A DNA stretch of 51,564 nt from positions 1 to 51,564 of the forward strand of contig RZZM01000002.1 in NCBI GenBank assembly GCA_009929845.1, read 5' to 3'. The stretch comes from Spartobacteria bacterium (GTDB lineage Bacteria; Verrucomicrobiota; Kiritimatiellia; RZYC01). Below, piece by piece: positions 1-7,821 of the stretch; the first letter of the stretch is position 1; each line of letters begins with the position of its first letter. The notes beneath the pieces were generated by a model, which made no database searches, was not told the DNA's origin, and saw only the letters and a list, made by a program, of their open reading frames with translations. The position numbers were made by a program, and so were the translations under genes.

Positions 1-437
1 CTGCACGCAGCGTCGCATCGTCACGCTTTCGCGCATTGCGAATGATTCTCGACTGCAGCCTCCCGTAGGAGTCTGGGCAGTGTCTCAGTCCCAGTGTGGC
101 TGACCATCCTCTCAGACCAGCTACCCGTAAGCCTTGGTAGGCCGTTACCCTACCAACAAGCTGATGGGACGCGGGCTCATCTATAAGTGACAGGTCCCGA
201 AGGATCCCCATCTTTAGACAGTATGCCATGCGACATACGACCACATTCAGTATTACCTCCCGTTTCCAGGAGCTATCCTCAGCTTATAGGCAAATTGCCC
301 ACGCGTTACTCACCCTTTCGCCACTATCCACTAATGTTTCTTGTCCGAAAACTTGAAACACTAGCTTCCCGTTCGACTTGCATGCCTAATCCACGCTGCC
401 AGCGTTCGTTCTGAGCCAGGATCAAACTCTCCATAAT
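1..437 (-). rRNA. rrs: 16S ribosomal RNA, 5' portion only (gene continues off the left edge)
   Basis: The reverse complement of 412-431 is AGAGTTTGATCCTGGCTCAG (27F site). The reverse complement of 53-72 is ACTCCTACGGGAGGCTGCAG (341F site, W=T variant). The intervening sequence reads as a typical 16S V1-V2 region. The exact mature 5' end (about 431-437) cannot be fixed by eye. Confidence 0.95.
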
Positions 438-580
438 AAAAGTGTTTAATCCCTTAAAACGTCCTGCCTCTCGACAGGACAGCAAGGTTTATTATCTTTT
501 TAATTAACTTTTGACTTCGCACAAGTTTGGTAAATCACACCACTTCTGATTCGAAGTGATATAATTATTTGTGAGTTATT

Positions 581-595
581 CAGTTTTCAAAGAAC
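581..595 (-). promoter_or_regulatory. boxA-like antitermination motif in the rRNA leader
   Basis: The reverse complement reads GTTCTTTGAAAACTG. This resembles the rrn leader boxA consensus (TGCTCTTTAACAA / TGTTCTTTGAAAACT). It lies about 150 nt upstream of the 16S 5' end on the rRNA strand. Confidence 0.45.
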
Positions 596-708
596 TTCAG
601 GCACAGCTTCGCCCTTTTCCATTGCCCTAGCAACTTAAGGGTTGGCTTGCCTTTTTGTCCAGTTTCCTGTTTCGTTAAAAACAGAACTTAAATCAATTTG
701 ATTGTTGT

Positions 709-737
709 ACAGTACTCATTACCCCGAATCTTGTCAA
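709..737 (-). promoter_or_regulatory. candidate sigma70-type rRNA promoter (TTGACA-17-TACTGT)
   Basis: The minus strand reads TTGACA (732-737), a 17-nt spacer, then TACTGT (709-714). This would give a leader of about 270 nt containing the boxA-like motif. It is a by-eye match only. Confidence 0.35.
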
Positions 738-1477
738 CCCCTGATTACAACTTTTTTTAAGTTTCTTTTCAGCGCTGATTTTAACGGGCCATGCACGACG
801 TCTTCTCGGGCATCTTAACACTGTACCTTTATTCTGTTCCTTACGAAACACAAACTATACTTTCACAGAACAAACACCAAAACACAACCGCACTGCACGT
901 CGCTTTATGTGACTTTTAAATTACTTTTTCGTCACTCGTTTGAGCTCTCCGCTCGCGACTCTCAACACGGTGTGTTTCAAGTGAGGACGTAAGATGCATG
1001 ATTCATCTTTTTTATGCAACCACTTTTCACAATTTTTTTTCATTATCCCTTATTGTCACCAAAAAACCCTTGTTTTAGGGCTATTTTCAATAAAAAATTT
1101 ACTGCTGTTCCGACTCACGGCCGTTGATTTGCGTCGTTTCCCACCGTCAGGGATGTAAAAATGGAGTACCCATGGCTTAGAATCAAGGTTATCGCGTACA
1201 AGCGGCGGATGGGTGTATTTCAAATGTAACCTGCTCATCATAAAATAGATATAGATTATTTGACAACATACAAACCATGACGGGACATTCCGTAACTATC
1301 GAAGGCGCAAATAGTTATGTGCTGTTTAACCCGCGATCGCACGAAGGAGCCCAACAATAAATTTAGTAAAACGCTTTACTTTGTTTTACCTCGCGTGTAT
1401 CTTCTGGGTATTGAGTATAGATTATACATGTGTTTGTGTGATTGTTAATTGATCAGCCTACAAAAGGAAAACGTGTT

Positions 1478-4400
1478 ATGAAAATGAAATGCCTTGTCTT
1501 CCTCCTGACCATCGCCATTGTCTTTCCCATCTGCCATTCGGCCATGGGTAACGGCAATGTCTATGTCTCCCGCTTCTGGCATAATCACCAGCCCATCTAC
1601 TGGCCGGAGTGGAACAGTAATGGCGGACAAAACAGCCGTATCCAATATGCCTGGGATTCGATCGTCCTTAAGGACGGCCAAACCTATGGCACCGGACAGG
1701 GGCATCCCGACAACAACCTGACGGATATCTTCGGCAACAACGACCGCGTGAATTCCTATCAAAGCGGTCCGCGAAATTCCCTCGCGAACCTGGATACAGC
1801 GGCAGGCTATGCCATCAGCTATTCAGGGTCCCTGATCGACAACGTGAATAACCTGGGCGCCAACGGCCAACTGGGCTATGGCAGCGGATGGGCCAACGGC
1901 TACCGCGAAGCCAGAGGCTGGAACACCCCTTCAGGAAGCACACGCATGGACATGGTCGGCTTTACCTATCATCACTCCCTGGCGGCAGTGCTCCCGAAAT
2001 CCGTTCTCCGTAAAGAAATTCAAACCTTCAAACAGGTATGGTGGAAGGCGTGGGGCGGCAACAGTGATCTGAGCGATCATTCCAAGGGTTTCTTCCCGAC
2101 GGAAATGGCCTTTTCCACCGAGATGCTCGATGTGCTTGTGGATGAGGGATACGAGTGGGTTATCGTGGCAAGTCACCATCTCAGCCGCACCTGTCCGACC
2201 TATAACAATTACGCTGATCCGGAAGCGTCCTTCCAGATCAAATCCAGTCCCCCAAACAAGGCGGACCAATTGGGCCCCTCGCCCACCACCGGCTGGTGGT
2301 TCGCGGAACCCAACCCCGGCCAGGCGGCATGGAATGTCTCCCCCTATGCCTATCAACTGCATCGCACGAAATATGTGGACCCGGAAACGGGAACAGAGAA
2401 GGCCATGATTGTGGTGCCTTCGGATGATGTCCTCAGCTACAAGGCGGGATACAGCGGCGCAGAGGTCGGCATGGTCAGCGGAAACATCGCGCCATACGCC
2501 ACCGACCCGGACCGTCCGGTGATCGTGTTGCCCGCCACCGATGGTGACAACGCATGGGGCGGCGGCAACTCCTCCTGGTTTGAATCCACCCCCAGTTTCT
2601 TCAGCGGGTGCCAGAGCGCGGGCTACAATGTCTGCGCCATCCAGGACATGGTCAACGCGAAACCCCCGCCGGCGGACACCTACGTGCATGTGGAAAACGG
2701 CGCGTGGATATTTCCAGAGTCCGCCTATGGGGCGCCCTATTACCTGAAGTGGATTGAGCCGCCGCTGAACGCCGACAATCTGTCTTTGTGCTACTCCAAC
2801 ACCATGGTCGACCTGGAAACCCCGGGCTTCGCGCTGAAGTTCTGGAGCTGGGCGGCGGTAATGACCGGCGCGAACTGGGTGGAGACCGCCGAGCAGATAT
2901 GGCTTGGTGAAGGCGGCTCGGTGGAGGCATGGAAAATCGCCCAACCCTACGATAATCTTCAAGACGGTTCGTGGACCTCACCCAATATCGTTGAGTTGGC
3001 CTGGCACATCTACCTGGGCGGGCTGGATTCCGGTTTCAACTACTATGGCGGCCTGGGCAATGACGACGAGGTCAAACCCTCGCTGGCCACACGCCGCGCC
3101 ATCGAACAGGTGGAGACCTATGTGAATGCGCGTCTCGCCTCCGACCAGACCGCGCCGACCATCTTCCGCCCGCAGCGCTTCCCCTGGAACCCCGGCGGAT
3201 ACACCTTCGGATGGTTCAACCGCCAACCGGGCGTGGATGAAAACTACCTGAAAAAAATGCCGTCTCATTTTTATGTCTGGTCGCACATCTATGATGTCTC
3301 GGGCGTGACTAATGTCGACCTGAAAGTGCGCGTGGATAACGACGGAACCAACACCCTGGCCAATAACCAGAATGAAACCTACGCGGGCGGAGCGGATGTC
3401 GGCGCGTGGATCACCATCCCCATGACCATGCGCGAACTGCCCGATACCCGCGAGGAACTTAACGCGGCCGCGGACAACGGGCAGATCGACTATTTCATCA
3501 CACCGCCCTATCTGGCCGATTACTATTTCGCCAAGATCGACGACAGCAACGTCAGCGGTTTCCGCGGCAAACTGCTCGACTATTACATTGAGGCCCAGGA
3601 TGGCCGGGGAAATACCCGAAAGACAGACATACAGCATGTCTTTGTGGAAGATGACGGCGCGGTGCCCGGCTCGTCAGCGAGCTTCTCTTCCGACCCCAGC
3701 GACTGCGCTCCGATCACGATCACCTACAATGCCGGCGGCGGCGCGCTCAGCGGCGTCAGCCCGGTGGTCATGCAGATCAGTTATGATAATGGCACGAACT
3801 GGAGCCCACACCAGATGACCAACACCGCCTCAGATACCTGGTCCTACGCGGTCAACGCGCCAAACGACGCGCCCTCGGCCATCGTCTGGTTCGAAGACAG
3901 CGGCGGAACCATCCAGGACAGCCGTGGCGGACTGAACTGGAGCACATCCATTCGCGATTGCGACGCGCCCGAAGGGCCGGGTACGGTAACCTTTACCAAC
4001 GCCCCCACCTGCGAGCCGGTCATCATCACCTATCATCCCAATGCCGGGGTGCTGGCGGCGGCGGAAACCATCTATGCGCACATCGGGTTCAACCAATGGA
4101 TGAGCATGGTGGACCCCGATGTGGCCATGTCGAAAGTCGGCGCCAACGCATGGCGCTATTCGATTGTACCACCCGCAGGCGCCACACAGCTCGATGTGGT
4201 CTTTAATGACGGAGAAAGTGTGTGGGATAACAACGACAGTTCGGACTGGGCCTACACGGTCACCGGCTGCGACCAGGGCGTCGTACCCCCGGGCATTACC
4301 ATTACCAATCCCGGACAGGAAAGCATAACCCTGACCAGCGAGACCGCGATGGTCACCCTGCACGGCACTGCCGGAGCCGACATTACCGGTGATTTGACCT

Positions 4401-5578
4401 GGACGAATCAACGAACCGGCGGCAACGGAACCATCTCGCAGGCCCTGCATTGGCACATCACGGATATTCCCCTGGGTGCCGGCAGCAACCTGCTGACAGT
4501 ATCCGGCCCCACCGCGGGCGGCATGACGACCAATGCCCGCGACCATGCCAGCGACGCGGCCTATTCAGACGGGTGGACCAGCGGCGACAACGGCGGGACC
4601 GGCTGGGGCGGCGGATGGAATCTCATCGGCAGTGAAAATGCCGGCTTCTTCATCGCCGATTCCGTTTCTCACCCGAATCTGAATATCACATCCCCGGCGT
4701 TCGGATTGTATGCCAACAGCGATGCCATGTCCGAAGCCATTCGGCCCCTGGTCACCCCATTGGTGTCGGGTCAGACGGTACAGGTATCCTTTGAGAACAA
4801 CTGGGTCACGGATTCCAAGAGTGTCGGCATGGCCCTGATGAATAACAGCAACAGCCTCTTCGAGTTTTATTTCTATGGCGGTGATGGCACCTATCGCATC
4901 ACCGACAGCACCGGTAACCGGGACACCCTGCTGCCATATACGGATAATGGGTTGGACCTCTCCTTCACCCTGACCGGCCCGACCACGTACTCCGTGGATG
5001 TCAGCGGCAGCAATTACACCGGGACCCTGGTCAGCCAGGCGGACCCGCACATACGACGCATCCGTTTCTGGAATTACAGCGCCGGCGCGGATACCGACTA
5101 TAATGCCTACTTCAACAACCTGCTGGTAACCAGTCAAAATACCGAAGACAAAACGAGCGACAGCCTGCTCATCAACTTCATTAATCCCGACAACTACATG
5201 CCGACGTGGTGGCAACTACAGCATTTCGGCTGTGAGACCTGCGCGGTCGGCCAGGCGGATTCGGACGGGGACGGGTTCCTCAACCAGGAAGAGTACTGGC
5301 TGGGCACCGACCCCACCAACCCGGTATCCACCTTTGTCATCAGCGAGGCCACCGGAACCAGTACGGATTATTACACCATCCGTTGGATTTCCATCGGAGG
5401 CAAGGCCTATGAAGTTCAGTATACGGATGAACTGACCGGACAACCGTTTCAAACCATCACGACAGTCAGCGAAAACGCCGTGCCCGACGGTGTGATGACC
5501 AACCGTTCTTTCCAGGACACCATCACCGCGCCACCGACCAATGGTTTCCGGGTCTATCGCGTGCAATTACGCCGCTGA
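1478..5578 (+). CDS. secreted multidomain glycoside hydrolase, GH57/GH119-like catalytic region plus two CBM25-like starch-binding modules, a LamG-like region, a TSP3-like Ca-binding motif and a C-terminal beta module
   Basis: The ORF is 1442-5578, and the ATG at 1478 is preceded by AAAGGAAAA. The signal peptide reads MKMKCLVFLLTIAIVFPICHSAMG. GH57-type motifs are present: FWHNHQP, FTYHHSLAAVLP, FFPTEMAFS and ATDGDNAWGG. Two tandem modules of about 95 aa end in NWSTSI and WDNNDSSDW, which is CBM25-like. The DSDGDGFLNQEEYWLGTDPTNP motif is also present. Confidence 0.8.
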   Translation: MKMKCLVFLLTIAIVFPICHSAMGNGNVYVSRFWHNHQPIYWPEWNSNGGQNSRIQYAWDSIVLKDGQTYGTGQGHPDNNLTDIFGNNDRVNSYQSGPRNSLANLDTAAGYAISYSGSLIDNVNNLGANGQLGYGSGWANGYREARGWNTPSGSTRMDMVGFTYHHSLAAVLPKSVLRKEIQTFKQVWWKAWGGNSDLSDHSKGFFPTEMAFSTEMLDVLVDEGYEWVIVASHHLSRTCPTYNNYADPEASFQIKSSPPNKADQLGPSPTTGWWFAEPNPGQAAWNVSPYAYQLHRTKYVDPETGTEKAMIVVPSDDVLSYKAGYSGAEVGMVSGNIAPYATDPDRPVIVLPATDGDNAWGGGNSSWFESTPSFFSGCQSAGYNVCAIQDMVNAKPPPADTYVHVENGAWIFPESAYGAPYYLKWIEPPLNADNLSLCYSNTMVDLETPGFALKFWSWAAVMTGANWVETAEQIWLGEGGSVEAWKIAQPYDNLQDGSWTSPNIVELAWHIYLGGLDSGFNYYGGLGNDDEVKPSLATRRAIEQVETYVNARLASDQTAPTIFRPQRFPWNPGGYTFGWFNRQPGVDENYLKKMPSHFYVWSHIYDVSGVTNVDLKVRVDNDGTNTLANNQNETYAGGADVGAWITIPMTMRELPDTREELNAAADNGQIDYFITPPYLADYYFAKIDDSNVSGFRGKLLDYYIEAQDGRGNTRKTDIQHVFVEDDGAVPGSSASFSSDPSDCAPITITYNAGGGALSGVSPVVMQISYDNGTNWSPHQMTNTASDTWSYAVNAPNDAPSAIVWFEDSGGTIQDSRGGLNWSTSIRDCDAPEGPGTVTFTNAPTCEPVIITYHPNAGVLAAAETIYAHIGFNQWMSMVDPDVAMSKVGANAWRYSIVPPAGATQLDVVFNDGESVWDNNDSSDWAYTVTGCDQGVVPPGITITNPGQESITLTSETAMVTLHGTAGADITGDLTWTNQRTGGNGTISQALHWHITDIPLGAGSNLLTVSGPTAGGMTTNARDHASDAAYSDGWTSGDNGGTGWGGGWNLIGSENAGFFIADSVSHPNLNITSPAFGLYANSDAMSEAIRPLVTPLVSGQTVQVSFENNWVTDSKSVGMALMNNSNSLFEFYFYGGDGTYRITDSTGNRDTLLPYTDNGLDLSFTLTGPTTYSVDVSGSNYTGTLVSQADPHIRRIRFWNYSAGADTDYNAYFNNLLVTSQNTEDKTSDSLLINFINPDNYMPTWWQLQHFGCETCAVGQADSDGDGFLNQEEYWLGTDPTNPVSTFVISEATGTSTDYYTIRWISIGGKAYEVQYTDELTGQPFQTITTVSENAVPDGVMTNRSFQDTITAPPTNGFRVYRVQLRR

Positions 5579-5667
5579 TAAGCCTGGGTATTATTGAAAG
5601 ACTGACGGGATCGAAGACGCTCCCGAAAAAACTGACATCCACATCGAAATGATGCAACGGACATGTC

Positions 5668-5991
5668 ATGGAAACGATTATGGGGGGGCGCAAAACGGTG
5701 AAGGGCCTCGACACAAACATCCTGGTGCGCTACCTCGTTCAAGATCATCCGAAACAGTTTGCGGCGGCCAGGCGGGAATTGGAATCCTCCGCACAAAGCG
5801 GCGAGCGCTTTGTCATCTCTCCCTTCGTATTGTGCGAGCTGGTCTGGGTGCTTGAAACAGCATACGACTGTTCAAAAGAAGATGTCGTAGACACCCTGGA
5901 GCAAGTATTGCGAACTTTTGGTAAATTTTCAGCTATTCCCTGTGAAGCACTTCGAACGGACAGGCTGATGCCTGTGCAACAACCCTCTTGA
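5668..5991 (+). CDS. PIN-domain (VapC-like) protein, probably C-terminally truncated; no cognate antitoxin gene adjacent
   Basis: The N-terminus GLDTNILVRYLVQD...FVISPFVLCELVWVLETAY matches the first two acidic-residue motifs of PIN toxins. The sequence after EQVLRTF loses PIN character and stops at 107 aa, whereas PIN domains are usually about 130-140 aa. Confidence 0.6.
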   Translation: METIMGGRKTVKGLDTNILVRYLVQDHPKQFAAARRELESSAQSGERFVISPFVLCELVWVLETAYDCSKEDVVDTLEQVLRTFGKFSAIPCEALRTDRLMPVQQPS

Positions 5992-6086
5992 AGTTCAGAA
6001 CTCCTTACCTCATGGAATTTAAAGTGACACCAGGGATTCGGAGGGCGGTGACCATAGAGCCCCAGGGGCGCCGCGGGTTCGAGGGG

Positions 6087-7715
6087 CTAAACGGCGTCCA
6101 TTACCGGCCCGCCGGGCGGGTCCTGGATGATGGTGTCATGCCTGAAATGCGCGTCGTCGGTATGCGGATAGTCCAGGGTGTAGTGCAGGCCCCGGCTCTC
6201 CCGGCGCATCATGGCCGAGCGCGCGATCAACTCGGCGACGGCCGCGATGTTGCGCAACTCAAGGACATCCGGCGTAATCAAATAGTCCAGGTAATACTGG
6301 CGGATCTCGCAACGCAGGTTATTGATGCGGCGCAGGGCCCGCTCCAGGCGTTTGTTCGTGCGCACGATACCGACATAGTCCCACATACAGGTGCGCACTT
6401 CATTCCAGTTGTGCTCGACCACCACCGCTTCATCGCTGTTCACGGCGTCGCCCGACTGCCAGTCCGGAATCGGAATCACCGAATCGCCGGGATTGTGTTC
6501 AGCCTGCCGCAGCATGGATTCCACCGCGTTGCCCGCGCAGACCAGCGCCTCAAGCAGCGAATTACTGGCCAGCCGGTTGGCGCCGTGCAGACCGGTGCAG
6601 GCCACTTCCCCCACTGCGTATAAACCAGCCAGCTCGGTAACCCCGCTCTGGTCCGTGCACACCCCCCCGCATAAGTAGTGGGCCGCGGGAACCACCGGTA
6701 CAGGTTCCCGAGCCATGTCGAATCCATATTTCAGACACACCCGGTAGAGATTCGGAAACCGGCTCCGCAGAAATTCCTCATCATGCCGCCGCACATCCAA
6801 GTACACACAGGTATCCCCGCGCGTCTTCATTTCGTGGTCAATGGCCCGGGCGACCACGTCACGCGGCGCCAACGAACCGCGCGAATCATATTTTTCCATA
6901 AACGACTGCCCGGCGGCGTTGATCAGCACCCCGCCCTCCCCGCGCACGGCCTCGCTGATCAGAAACGACTTGGCGTCCGGGTGATACAGACAGGTTGGAT
7001 GGAATTGCACAAATTCCATATTACGTATCGCCAGCCCGGCGCGCCAGGCCATTGCAATCCCATCCCCCGTGGCGATATCAGGATTGCTGGTATACAGGTA
7101 CACCTTCCCGGCCCCGCCGGTCGCCAGCACGGTATGCCGCGCGCGGATGGCCAGGATTTCCCCATTGACCCGGTTCAGGAAATATGACCCGATGCACTGG
7201 TTCGGCCCTTTGACCTTCAGCCATCCGGTGGTCACCAGGTCAATCGCCATGAGGTTTGGCCTTAATTTGACATTGGGATGGGCCGTCACACGGTCTGCCA
7301 GGACCTTGATCACTTCATGGCCGGTAATATCGCCCGCGTGCAGCACCCGGCGCACGGAGTGACCACCCTCACGCCCCAAGTCATACTCCTCTTCATGGTC
7401 CGACCGCTTAGAGAAGAGTATCCCCATCCCCTCCAGGTCCCTGATATGCCGCGGCCCGGAGGCCAGGATACTGCGCACCACCCCCTCATCACTCAGTCCG
7501 CCCCCTGTCGACAGGGTATCGGCCGTATGCGCGTCCACACTGTCATTCTCGGCAATCGCGCAAGCGATCCCTCCCTGCGCCCGGTCGCTATTGCTGTCCA
7601 GCATCTCGCGCTTTGTCGCCAGGACCACCTGCCCATGGTCCTTAAGGTACCAAGCCGACATCAACCCCGCCAGTCCGCTGCCGATAACCAGATAATCACA
7701 ATCTACCGTTCTCAT
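6087..7715 (-). CDS. nadB: L-aspartate oxidase
   Basis: An FAD-binding N-terminus (DYLVIGSGLAGL) is present. Fumarate reductase/aspartate oxidase motifs are also present: AQGGIA, HPTCLY, RGEGG and GLYAVGEVACTGLHGANRLASNSL. The start is taken as the ATG at 7715 (MRTVDCDY); the track ORF extends upstream to 7793. Confidence 0.93.
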   Translation of the reverse strand: MRTVDCDYLVIGSGLAGLMSAWYLKDHGQVVLATKREMLDSNSDRAQGGIACAIAENDSVDAHTADTLSTGGGLSDEGVVRSILASGPRHIRDLEGMGILFSKRSDHEEEYDLGREGGHSVRRVLHAGDITGHEVIKVLADRVTAHPNVKLRPNLMAIDLVTTGWLKVKGPNQCIGSYFLNRVNGEILAIRARHTVLATGGAGKVYLYTSNPDIATGDGIAMAWRAGLAIRNMEFVQFHPTCLYHPDAKSFLISEAVRGEGGVLINAAGQSFMEKYDSRGSLAPRDVVARAIDHEMKTRGDTCVYLDVRRHDEEFLRSRFPNLYRVCLKYGFDMAREPVPVVPAAHYLCGGVCTDQSGVTELAGLYAVGEVACTGLHGANRLASNSLLEALVCAGNAVESMLRQAEHNPGDSVIPIPDWQSGDAVNSDEAVVVEHNWNEVRTCMWDYVGIVRTNKRLERALRRINNLRCEIRQYYLDYLITPDVLELRNIAAVAELIARSAMMRRESRGLHYTLDYPHTDDAHFRHDTIIQDPPGGPVMDAV

Positions 7716-7787
7716 ATCTACCCGAAAAATAATGCTTGCTTTGTAACTACATTTTATACAACATATGTCGTCAAGAACAAATAACCT

Positions 7788-7816
7788 TTGCACGGTTTAA
7801 TAATCAGACGTATACT
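7788..7816 (+). promoter_or_regulatory. sigma70-type promoter TTGCAC-17-TATACT placed for a leaderless transcript of the 7822 gene
   Basis: TTGCAC lies at 7788-7793, followed by a 17-nt spacer and TATACT at 7811-7816. Only GTACC separates the -10 box from the ATG at 7822, and there is no Shine-Dalgarno sequence. Confidence 0.5.
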
Positions 7817-7821
7817 GTACC

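Noticed and set aside
187-414. 75-aa plus-strand ORF in the track
   Set aside because: It lies entirely inside the 16S rRNA gene on the opposite strand, so it is not protein-coding.
1056-1241. 61-aa minus-strand ORF in the AT-rich region upstream of the rRNA
   Set aside because: It has no SD, a low-complexity composition and no motifs. It sits in a probable promoter/leader region.
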